Positions 46,792 through 55,598 of a DNA stretch of 57,308 bases are shown here, one piece after another (within the stretch, counting starts at the first letter, position 1; each line of letters opens with the position of its first letter). Source of the DNA: Clostridia bacterium (lineage in GTDB: Bacteria; UBA6262; WVXT01); the NCBI GenBank assembly GCA_009619095.1, contig WJOT01000043.1:1-57308 (forward strand). Reading direction: 5' to 3'. The translations under genes and the position numbers were made by a program. Under the pieces are notes generated by a model. That model saw nothing but the letters and a program-made list of their open reading frames with translations. It was not told the DNA's origin and made no database searches.

Positions 46792-47997
46792 ATGCACGAC
46801 TTAATAATCTTGATTGTTTCTCTGGCAATTATTCTGATTCTTTTCAAATGTAAATTGAATCTGACTCTGACTATGATAATAGCGGCGCTCTTTCTGGGTA
46901 TTGCTTACAGGTTTAGCTTAACAGAAATTTTAAAAACTTTTTACGCTGCTTGCCTGTCAAGGGAGACTCTGGAGATTGCTGCCATTCTTTTTCTTGTAAT
47001 TGTATTCAACCTATCTATGAATGCAGCATATACTTTTAAGAAAATAATCAGTAACATGAAAAAAATGCTTTTAGACATAAGGTGGGTTATCGCCGTTATC
47101 CCGGCAGTGATCGGTTTTCTTCCCATGTTTGGCGGAGCGCTCGTTTCTGCTCCAGTGGTAAAGGAAATTACTCAGGAGATGGGCATATCCAATGAGCGAA
47201 AGACCTTTCTCAATTTTTGGTTTAGACATATCTGGGAGTATACTCTCCCACTCTATCCGGGAATCATACTTGCCGCTGGCATTCTGGGCGTGCCTGTTTA
47301 TAGAATAATTGCAAGCAATAGCATTTTGACAGCGAGTGCAATTATTATAGGAATAATTTGGGGTACAGGGAGACTGAAATGGAGACCTGAACATTCGGGA
47401 GAAGCTCTTTCCGGGAAAGGCCGGGCAATCCTGAATTTTCTCTTCAACCTATCGCCAATTATTCTGGTAATGGTTCTGGTCCTCGTTTTTAGGTTAAGAG
47501 TTTTATACGCTCTCCTTGTGGCAATAGTGTTCACAATCATCAGCAATCAGATTTCTATTAGAACAGTTTTGCGCTCTCTGGCAAAAGGGAAGTATGGGAT
47601 GATTCTTATGGTTTTTGGTATTATGATTTTTAAGGCGATGTTAGGAACTACAGGAATGATAGAACGCCTGCCTCTTTTCTTTAACACTGCGGGTATTCCC
47701 CGATACTTAGTTATTTCTTTTCTCCCTTTCATTGTAGGCTTTTTGACGGGAATGACGATGGCTGCAGTGGGTATCACTTTCCCTGTTATTCTGCCCCTTT
47801 TTGAAGGTAAATTGTCACTTATGACTTTTTCTTTTATGTGTGGTTTTGCCGGGGTCTTGCTGACACCTGTCCACTTTTGTCTATCATTAACCAGAGAATA
47901 TTTCCAGGCTGATTGGCTGAAGCTTTACCGTAAAGAATTGATTCTTCCAGTATTTCTGATGATAATGATTGGATTTATTTATACAGTAATAATGTAG
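46792..47997 (+). CDS. DUF401 family membrane protein
   Basis: GFLPMFGGALVSAP, NFWFRHIWE, LTPVHFC..TREYF; multi-TM; start at ATG 46792. Confidence 0.85.
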   Translation: MHDLIILIVSLAIILILFKCKLNLTLTMIIAALFLGIAYRFSLTEILKTFYAACLSRETLEIAAILFLVIVFNLSMNAAYTFKKIISNMKKMLLDIRWVIAVIPAVIGFLPMFGGALVSAPVVKEITQEMGISNERKTFLNFWFRHIWEYTLPLYPGIILAAGILGVPVYRIIASNSILTASAIIIGIIWGTGRLKWRPEHSGEALSGKGRAILNFLFNLSPIILVMVLVLVFRLRVLYALLVAIVFTIISNQISIRTVLRSLAKGKYGMILMVFGIMIFKAMLGTTGMIERLPLFFNTAGIPRYLVISFLPFIVGFLTGMTMAAVGITFPVILPLFEGKLSLMTFSFMCGFAGVLLTPVHFCLSLTREYFQADWLKLYRKELILPVFLMIMIGFIYTVIM

Positions 47998-48082
47998 TCC
48001 CGATGAATCCAGCCCCTGCAAAAATCGAAGCTTAGAGGCTAGATGAGTCGGGACGCTTTGCTGCTACAAAAAGGAGAAAAAA

Positions 48083-49180
48083 ATGATGAAGAAAAAGCAA
48101 GTCATATTAAAAAAAGAATTACTGGAAGATTTCGTGACCGAAGTTTTCAAAAAATTAGGAGTGGACAGTTCAGATGCCAGAATAGTGGCTAATATTCTGG
48201 TTGCTGCTGACTTAAAAGGATTTAGTTCACATGGAGTTTCTCGTCTAAAAAGATATGTGGATGGGATAAAGGCAGGAGGCATTGAACCTGTTACTAAAAT
48301 AAAGGTAGTAAAAGAGACAGCGGTGAGTGTTTTAATTGATGGCGGAAACGGTTTGGGTCAGGTAGTAGCGTACAAGGCTATGAGGAAATGTATCGAAATT
48401 GCTGAAAAGACTGGAATGGGTTTTGTTGGCGTGAAAAATAGCAACCACTTTGGGATCGCTGGTTACTATTCAACAATGGCTTTAGAGAAAGATATGATTG
48501 GTATTTCTCTCACTAATGCTCGTTTCTCGGTCGCTCCCACTTTCGGAGTGGAGCCTGTTCTGGGAACGAATCCTATAAGTGTGGCTGTACCTACTGGTGG
48601 ACCATTTCCCTTTGTCCTGGATATGGCAACGAGTATTATCCAGAGAGGAAAACTGGAAGTCCTGGAGAGGGAAAATAAAGAGATGCTCTCAGGCTGGGCA
48701 ATAGATGAAAACGGCAAGACCCTCACCAATCCCAAAAAGGTTACTGAAGACATCGCTACAAAAAAAGCGGCTCTTCTTCCTCTGGGAGGAATAGGAGAAG
48801 AGTTGGGTGGGCATAAAGGATATGGACTAAGTCTGCTTGTAGATATTCTATGCGCTTGCCTCACAGGAGCCGATTATGGTTTACATCTTTCACGATTTAA
48901 AAAGGGAGGGTATAATCTTGGCCATTTCCTGGGAGCAATTAAGATAGAACTTTTCCGTCCACTCGATGAATTTAAGAAAACGATAGATTCCATGTTCAAG
49001 GAAATAAAAAGTTCTAGGAAATTTCCCGGGAAAGAAAGAATCTATATTGCCGGGGAAAAAGAATTTGAGATGGAAAATCGGAGAAAAAAAGAAGGGATTC
49101 CAGTACACCCTGAGGTATTTGAATATATGAATTCCCTGAAGGAAACGCTTAAAATAGAGAGATTCGACATTCAAGCATAG
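48083..49180 (+). CDS. Ldh_2 family oxidoreductase (malate/L-lactate dehydrogenase, AllD/ComC-like)
   Basis: SHGVSRL, NSNHFG, GTNPI, LDMATS, GHKGYGL. Confidence 0.92.
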   Translation: MMKKKQVILKKELLEDFVTEVFKKLGVDSSDARIVANILVAADLKGFSSHGVSRLKRYVDGIKAGGIEPVTKIKVVKETAVSVLIDGGNGLGQVVAYKAMRKCIEIAEKTGMGFVGVKNSNHFGIAGYYSTMALEKDMIGISLTNARFSVAPTFGVEPVLGTNPISVAVPTGGPFPFVLDMATSIIQRGKLEVLERENKEMLSGWAIDENGKTLTNPKKVTEDIATKKAALLPLGGIGEELGGHKGYGLSLLVDILCACLTGADYGLHLSRFKKGGYNLGHFLGAIKIELFRPLDEFKKTIDSMFKEIKSSRKFPGKERIYIAGEKEFEMENRRKKEGIPVHPEVFEYMNSLKETLKIERFDIQA

Positions 49181-49225
49181 TTTTTTTGGTTGATTATTTG
49201 AGAAAAAGAGTATAAACTATTATAA

Positions 49226-50620
49226 ATGTACAAGAATATCAAAATAAAACAAAAAGTTTCCTTTTCGATTTTTATAGCTATTTTCTTCTTCCTTCCATTA
49301 ATCTTCCAATCTGTAAATAGCTCTCCTTCACCTATTCAGGAAAAAATAGAATCTTTAAGGCAGGTAATTAAAGAGACAGAAAACCTCTATAATCAGGCAG
49401 TTATAGCCTACGAAGAAGGAAAGATTGATCTCGCAGAGAATCTTTATAAACGAGCTTTGAAAAAATTGGCGAAGTCCAATCTGGATGCTGTTCTGAACTA
49501 TCAATTGAAGGAGGAATACGATAATCTCTTTGGCAAATTGGATGTGCTTCTGGATGAGATGGAGAGAAATTCCCAATCGATTCTTGACGTTTCTAAGGAA
49601 GAGCTGAAAGGAACAGAAAATCTGGAAGCAGAGGAAATAAAAGGAAATTATACCATACCCATAGATATTGAAAATAGTTTAACAAAGAAATATATGCAAC
49701 TTTATACTAAAGGAAAAAGAAGAAAAGCAATTGCTGAAGCACTGGAAAGGTCGGGAAGATACCAAGAGATGATTTTTGGAGTTCTGGAAGAATACGACCT
49801 TCCTCAAGAACTGGTCTATTTACCTGTAGTGGAGAGTCTTTATAAAGTGAGTGCCTATTCTCGGGCTCGGGCAGTGGGTCTATGGCAGTTAATGGAAACT
49901 CCTGCCAGAAACCTGGGATTGGTTATTAATTACTGGATAGACGAGAGGAGAGATCCGGAAAAGTCTACCCGTGCTGCCCTTAAATTCCTCAAAGACCTCC
50001 ATGCCTGGTTTAATGACTGGCATTTAGCTCTAGCCGCTTATAATCGGGGACAAAGTGGAATTGGTCGTGATTTAAAATTTTCTAAGTCTGTTGACTTTAA
50101 CCAGTTAGTAGAGAGAAAAGCTCTGCCCAAGGAAACGGAAAACTTTGTTCCCAAATTTATGGCTTGTGTAAGTATTGGAGAAAATTATCAGGATTACGGT
50201 TTCCCCTTAAATTTTGAAGAGCCTTTAAGTTATGATGAAGTAGTTTTAGATAAAGTAATTGACCTGGAAGTTATTGCCAAGTGTGTGGGCACAACAGAAG
50301 CTAAGATAAAAAAACTGAATCCTGCTCTACGAGTCTGGTGCACTCCCAAGAACTATCCCAATTTTAAGTTAAAGCTTCCTCCCGGCACAGAGGAGAAATT
50401 TTTTACTAATATCGTCAAGGTAAAGGATTTAACTCCGGGAAGGGGATTTATTCGCTACAAGGTGAAAAGGGGAGATGTTTTGGGAAGAATTGCTCGAAAA
50501 TACTATACTACCGTCTATGCAATAAAAAGAGGCAATAAAATAAGAAATATCAATAAAATCAGGCCAGGACAGCTCTTGATTATAAGACCTGGAAGAAAAT
50601 ACTTCCGTAAGAAAAAATAA
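49226..50620 (+). CDS. MltD-like lytic transglycosylase (SLT plus LysM)
   Basis: LPVVES, AVGLWQ, DERRDP, ALAAYNRG, ETENFVPKF, C-terminal LysM YKVKRGD. Confidence 0.92.
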   Translation: MYKNIKIKQKVSFSIFIAIFFFLPLIFQSVNSSPSPIQEKIESLRQVIKETENLYNQAVIAYEEGKIDLAENLYKRALKKLAKSNLDAVLNYQLKEEYDNLFGKLDVLLDEMERNSQSILDVSKEELKGTENLEAEEIKGNYTIPIDIENSLTKKYMQLYTKGKRRKAIAEALERSGRYQEMIFGVLEEYDLPQELVYLPVVESLYKVSAYSRARAVGLWQLMETPARNLGLVINYWIDERRDPEKSTRAALKFLKDLHAWFNDWHLALAAYNRGQSGIGRDLKFSKSVDFNQLVERKALPKETENFVPKFMACVSIGENYQDYGFPLNFEEPLSYDEVVLDKVIDLEVIAKCVGTTEAKIKKLNPALRVWCTPKNYPNFKLKLPPGTEEKFFTNIVKVKDLTPGRGFIRYKVKRGDVLGRIARKYYTTVYAIKRGNKIRNINKIRPGQLLIIRPGRKYFRKKK

Positions 50621-50668
50621 ATTCAATGGAGTCCCCCGATGAAATCGGGGGTAGTTTGAGGGGTTGAA

Positions 50669-51433
50669 ATGATGACTCAACATACTCAAAACGAAGGGAT
50701 GAAGCCAGTATATATCGAGGCGTTCGACCTCGACGATGCCTGGTTCCAGTGTCTCTCAGCAATACTGGAGAAGGGACAAGTCTACACGATTACCAGGGGT
50801 AGCTATAAGGGTCAGAAGAGGCTCGAATTCGACTTCATTACCCTCAGAGTTAAGAAACCTTCCCATCAGATAATACCCCTCATTCCCGAAGGTTCAGGCA
50901 TTCCTCCCCCAACCACCATGGAGTACGTTCAGGGCTATCTGCAATACCTTTTGACCGGAGCCAAGACAGAAACCGAAGACTATACCTATGGTGAAAGGCT
51001 GGTTGACCCCAAGGTGAGAATAGAGGAAAATGTTGAGGGAAAGAAGATGATGAGAGAGATTCCCCTTAATGTCAACCAGGTAGAAGAAATTATAAAGATG
51101 TACAAGACAGAGGGATATGGCACAAATCAGGCGATAATGGAGATTGGAATGCCTTCTGACGTTAGTTTAAAAGACCCTCCCTGTTTGAGATTAATAGACA
51201 CCAGAATCAGGTATGGCAAACTCCATTTCATACCTTATTTTAGGTCCTGGGATTTATGGGGAGGTTTTCCCTCAAACCTTGGAGGACTGCAACTGGTAAA
51301 ACAGTATATGGCAGAAGAGATTGGAGTTGAAGACGGAGAAATTATAGCAATAAGTAAAGGGCTCCACTTGTACGATTATACCTGGGAGTGGGCTAAGCAA
51401 AGAACAACAAAATACGACAAGAAAATAGAGTGA
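50669..51433 (+). CDS. Thymidylate synthase family protein (archaeal-type ThyA-like)
   Basis: YTYGERL, DPPCL, FRSWD, FPSN, LHLY. Confidence 0.85.
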   Translation: MMTQHTQNEGMKPVYIEAFDLDDAWFQCLSAILEKGQVYTITRGSYKGQKRLEFDFITLRVKKPSHQIIPLIPEGSGIPPPTTMEYVQGYLQYLLTGAKTETEDYTYGERLVDPKVRIEENVEGKKMMREIPLNVNQVEEIIKMYKTEGYGTNQAIMEIGMPSDVSLKDPPCLRLIDTRIRYGKLHFIPYFRSWDLWGGFPSNLGGLQLVKQYMAEEIGVEDGEIIAISKGLHLYDYTWEWAKQRTTKYDKKIE

Positions 51434-51478
51434 ATTAATAATACATTTTTCTATTTAAACGGAATTGAACTCAAAAGA

Positions 51479-53575
51479 GTGGTGGAAAAACTTTTCAACC
51501 CTAAATCAATAGCAGTTATCGGTGCTTCCCGCCAGGAAGGGAAAGTTGGCCATAGCGTTTTGAAAAATCTCCTCCAATATGGCTACCCAGGAAAGATTTA
51601 TCCCATCAATCCAAAAGCAAAAGAAATTTTGAGAACAAGAACATATTCCACAATTTTTGCTGTAGAAGGGGAGATAGACCTCGCTGTGGTTGCCATTCCT
51701 TCTCAATTTGTTCCTTCTATCCTTAAAGATTGCGTGAACAGAGGAATCGGCGCAGTAGTTATTATTTCAGCCGGCTTCAAAGAATCTGGTAAACAGGGTT
51801 CGCAACTCGAAAGAGAATTAGTTGAAACTATCAAAAACTCAAGTATAAGGGTACTCGGTCCGAATTGTCTGGGAATTATCGATACTGCTTCAAGCCTCAA
51901 CGCCTCTTTTGCCGCAGGTATGCCTTCCCCAGGAAATATTGCCTTCTTTTCCCAATCTGGCGCTCTATGTACTGCCGTTTTAGATTGGGCACTTGGGGAA
52001 GATGTCGGATTTTCAAAATTCATTAGCCTGGGAAACAAAGCAGATATCGACGAGGTGGACCTGTTGCTTACCCTGGCTGATGACCAGGAAACCAAAGTCA
52101 TCCTTGGCTATCTGGAAGGAATAGAGGATGGGGTCAGATTTATGGAAGTAGCTAAAGAGGTTTCCCGAAAAAAACCTGTTATTATTATCAAATCTGGACG
52201 GACACAAGCCGGTGCAAGAGCTGCCTCTTCACACACAGGAACCTTGACAGGTTTGGACACCGCCTATGAAGCAGCTTTTAGACAATGTGGGATAATCAGA
52301 GCTGAGACAGTACAAACTCTTTTTGATTACGCTATTGCCTTTGCCTATCAACCTCTTCCCCGAGGACCAAATCTTGCTATTCTGACCAATGCCGGTGGTC
52401 CGGGAATTATTGCCGCTGATGCAGTAGAAAATTCTATTCTCCAGATGGCTTCTTTCAGGGAAAACACAATTAGTAAACTCCGAAAAGAACTTCCCTCTAA
52501 CGCTTCCATATATAATCCAGTTGATGTGATTGGCGATGCAGGAGCAGATCGTTATGAGAAGGCAATGAAAACCATCGTTAATGACCCGGGAGTTGATAGT
52601 CTTACTGTAATTTTGGCTCCTCAAGCGATGACTAAGATAAAAGAAACGGCAGAAGTTATAAGCAAGATTTCCTCAGCAGTCTCTGACAAACCCATTGTCT
52701 CTTCCTTTATGGGACGGTTGGAAGTTAAACAGGGCATAAGGATTTTGCGTTCGGGAAAGATACCTAATTATTCTTACCCGGAGCGTACTATTTCTGCTCT
52801 GGAGGCTATGGTTAAATACCGAAAGTGGAAAGAGACACCTTTTGGCAAGATTCTGTCTTTTGAGGTAAATAAGAAGAAAGCAGAGAAGATTTTCACAAAA
52901 GCAAAAGAAAAAAGCGAAGCGAATTTGACTACCGAAGAAACAAGAGAAGTGCTCTCAGCCTATGGTTTTTCTCTTCCCCAGAGAATCGTTACTGAGACTT
53001 CGCGTGAGGCAATCTCTGCGGCGAACTCCCTCGGTTATCCAGTGGTGATGAAGATTGTCTCACCAGATATTTTACACAAATCTGATGTAGGGGGAGTTAA
53101 GGTGGGAATCACTGAGAAGTCTCAAGTTGCCAGAAGCTTTGAAGACCTCATCTCAAATGCAAAGAGATTTATGCCAGAAGCGTTAATCATGGGAGTAACT
53201 GTAGAAGAGATGATTGTACCAGGGAAAGAGGTAGTATTAGGCTCCTCCAGAGATCCGTCCTTCGGTCCTCTTCTTATGTTCGGGCTTGGTGGAATCTATG
53301 TAGAAGTCCTTAAAGACGTATCTTTCAGGATTGCACCATTAACTTTCAATGAAGCAGAGTTAATGATAAAAGAAATTCGTTCATACCCAATTCTTAAAGG
53401 AGTGAGAGGAGAAGAACCTTCTGACTTAATAGCAGTTAGAGAGTCTCTGTTAAGACTGTCTCAACTGGTTACAGATTTTTCCGAAATTTTGGAGATTGAT
53501 ATAAATCCATTAATGGTTTTACCTGCGGGGAAAGGAGCTGTGGTAATAGATTCACGATTAACAATAAAAATTTAA
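51479..53575 (+). CDS. Acetate/acyl-CoA ligase (ADP-forming), fused alpha-beta
   Basis: IAVIGAS, GPNCLG, SQSGA, SSHTG (phospho-His), NPVDV, HKSDVGGV, DINPL. Confidence 0.93.
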   Translation: MVEKLFNPKSIAVIGASRQEGKVGHSVLKNLLQYGYPGKIYPINPKAKEILRTRTYSTIFAVEGEIDLAVVAIPSQFVPSILKDCVNRGIGAVVIISAGFKESGKQGSQLERELVETIKNSSIRVLGPNCLGIIDTASSLNASFAAGMPSPGNIAFFSQSGALCTAVLDWALGEDVGFSKFISLGNKADIDEVDLLLTLADDQETKVILGYLEGIEDGVRFMEVAKEVSRKKPVIIIKSGRTQAGARAASSHTGTLTGLDTAYEAAFRQCGIIRAETVQTLFDYAIAFAYQPLPRGPNLAILTNAGGPGIIAADAVENSILQMASFRENTISKLRKELPSNASIYNPVDVIGDAGADRYEKAMKTIVNDPGVDSLTVILAPQAMTKIKETAEVISKISSAVSDKPIVSSFMGRLEVKQGIRILRSGKIPNYSYPERTISALEAMVKYRKWKETPFGKILSFEVNKKKAEKIFTKAKEKSEANLTTEETREVLSAYGFSLPQRIVTETSREAISAANSLGYPVVMKIVSPDILHKSDVGGVKVGITEKSQVARSFEDLISNAKRFMPEALIMGVTVEEMIVPGKEVVLGSSRDPSFGPLLMFGLGGIYVEVLKDVSFRIAPLTFNEAELMIKEIRSYPILKGVRGEEPSDLIAVRESLLRLSQLVTDFSEILEIDINPLMVLPAGKGAVVIDSRLTIKI

Positions 53576-53583
53576 TTTAAATT

Positions 53584-53638
53584 GGTAGTGTAGGGGCTTG
53601 TCCCCGTAAAAATTACGCCCATAAAAGGCTACACTACC
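53584..53638. repeat. GTAGTGTAG-type inverted REP doublet
   Basis: ggtagtgtag...ctacactacc; related single copies near 22078, 18152, 12940. Confidence 0.65.
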
Positions 53639-53687
53639 TACAACTTAACTCTTGGCACTGCTACATTTTTGAATGAAGGAGGATGAA

Positions 53688-54758
53688 ATGGTTTCTCTAT
53701 ATGTAGGTTCTACTTCCGAATATTCCGGAAAGACTCTGGTTTGTATAGGTTTGGGAAAGAGGTTTCAAAACGATGGTATATCTGTTGCCTATTTTAAACC
53801 TCTGGGAAAACTTCCTGTTAGAGTAGGAAAGGTATTAACTGACGAAGACGGAGTCTCCATGAAGGAAATTTTGGGACTCCGGGACCCACTCGATTTAGTT
53901 TGCCCGGTTGTTTTGACTCAGGACCTCACCATTCAAGCCTATACGAAAAAAATAAAAAATATCGAGGATAAAGTGATTGACGCTTATAATAAAATTTCTA
54001 AGGGTAGAAATTTGGTTCTAATAGGAGGAGCGGGTAATCTCAACGAAGGTTCATTCTTAGGTATCCCCGGAAAAAAACTAATTAAAAAAATGAAAGCAAA
54101 AACCGTATTAATTAACAAATGCGAAACAGATATTTCAGTAGACCCTATTCTTGCTGCCAGCGAGCTTCTGGGAGACAGTTTTATAGGTGTCGTTCTAAAC
54201 CGCGTAGCCTCAGACAGGATTGACTACTTTAAAAGAAGAATAGTCCCTTTTTTAAAGAGAGAGGGAATCGAAGTTTTGGGCATGATTCCTCAAGATACCT
54301 TATTAAATGCTATTAGCATTGGCGAACTCTGTGATAACCTGGGAGGAGAAGTTCTCTGTTGCGATGATAAACTGGATGAGCTAGTGGAACATTTTATGAT
54401 AGGGGCTATGAATGTCGAAGGGGCTTTAAAGTATTTCCGAAAAGTTCAAAACAAAGCGGTTATTACCGGAGGTGACCGCCCGGACATCCAGCTTGCTGCT
54501 CTGGAAACTTCGACGAGATGCATTATTTTGACAGGCAACCTTTTCCCCGGCGATATTATAATTTCTCGAGCAGAAGAACGGCAAGTACCGATGATATTGG
54601 TTAAAGAAGACACACTCACAACGGTTAAAAAAATAGAAAGTCTACTGAGACACTTGAGGGTTAGCGGGAAAAAGAAAGTAGCCAGAGCAGTAGAACTGGT
54701 TAATCGGGAGATAAATTTCCGGTCTTTATATGATAAATTAGGTATCAAGGCAAAATAA
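53688..54758 (+). CDS. Phosphotransacetylase-family N-terminal-like protein (AAA_26/BioD-like plus DRTGG)
   Basis: SGKT, FKPLG, GAM, ITGGDRPDIQLAALE; no PTA_PTB catalytic domain; RBS ggagg. Confidence 0.88.
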   Translation: MVSLYVGSTSEYSGKTLVCIGLGKRFQNDGISVAYFKPLGKLPVRVGKVLTDEDGVSMKEILGLRDPLDLVCPVVLTQDLTIQAYTKKIKNIEDKVIDAYNKISKGRNLVLIGGAGNLNEGSFLGIPGKKLIKKMKAKTVLINKCETDISVDPILAASELLGDSFIGVVLNRVASDRIDYFKRRIVPFLKREGIEVLGMIPQDTLLNAISIGELCDNLGGEVLCCDDKLDELVEHFMIGAMNVEGALKYFRKVQNKAVITGGDRPDIQLAALETSTRCIILTGNLFPGDIIISRAEERQVPMILVKEDTLTTVKKIESLLRHLRVSGKKKVARAVELVNREINFRSLYDKLGIKAK

Positions 54759-54779
54759 AATGTTGCCGCAGACGATCTA

Positions 54780-54870
54780 TGCACAAATTGAATTTGTGCC
54801 TACAATGACATTTGTAGGCACGGTTTCAACCGTGCAGAAAAAGGGAAGCAAAGTTTACGTTTTGCTGCTA
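54780..54870. repeat. TTTGTAGGCAC-family REP pair plus GCTGCTAC remnant
   Basis: tgcacaaattgaatttgtgcctacaa and tttgtaggcacggtttcaaccgtgcag. Confidence 0.65.
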
Positions 54871-54893
54871 CAAAAAATAAATATAGAACAAAA

Positions 54894-55583
54894 ATGATTC
54901 CACTTAAAGACACCATACCATCAGAAAGATATCCCATTACCACCGTATTTCTAATTGTGGCAAACATTTCTGTCTTTTTTTATGAGATTAGTCTCGGTCG
55001 ACAATTGCCAGAACTTGTGAAATTTGCCGGTGTGGTGCCCGCGCGCTTTTTTGATTCTCACCTCTATGTATCTCAAGGACTCCTTAGGAGTTACTTTCCA
55101 ATATTCACTTCCCTTTTCCTACATGGAGGATGGGTTCATCTTCTGGGCAATATGTTGTATCTCTGGATTTTTGCTGATAATGTAGAGGATAGATTGGGAC
55201 ATTTTAAGTTCCTGATTTTCTATCTTCTTTGCGGATTGGGGGCAAGCTTAGCTCATATCTTTGCCAATCCCACTTCTTCTGTGCCCTCAATTGGTGCCAG
55301 TGGGGCTATTGCTGGGATTTTGGGTGCATACTTTATCCTCTATCCTAAATCCCGGGTCATCACTCTTGTGCCAATCTTTTTCTTTTTCCAGATAATTAAG
55401 CTACCTGCTTTCATATTTTTAGGAGTTTGGTTTTTAATGCAGTTTTTCAGCGGAATGTTAACCTTAGGGCCGGGGACTGCCCAGGCAGGAGGAATTGCCT
55501 GGTGGGCACATATTGGCGGATTTTTAAGTGGAATATTTTTTATTCTACTCTTAAAAGGCAAAAAACATCCCAAAAGAAAGTAG
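54894..55583 (+). CDS. Rhomboid family intramembrane serine protease
   Basis: FLHGGWVHLLGNM, GASGA, AHIGGF. Confidence 0.95.
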   Translation: MIPLKDTIPSERYPITTVFLIVANISVFFYEISLGRQLPELVKFAGVVPARFFDSHLYVSQGLLRSYFPIFTSLFLHGGWVHLLGNMLYLWIFADNVEDRLGHFKFLIFYLLCGLGASLAHIFANPTSSVPSIGASGAIAGILGAYFILYPKSRVITLVPIFFFFQIIKLPAFIFLGVWFLMQFFSGMLTLGPGTAQAGGIAWWAHIGGFLSGIFFILLLKGKKHPKRK

Positions 55584-55598
55584 ATAGAATTTTTTGCT

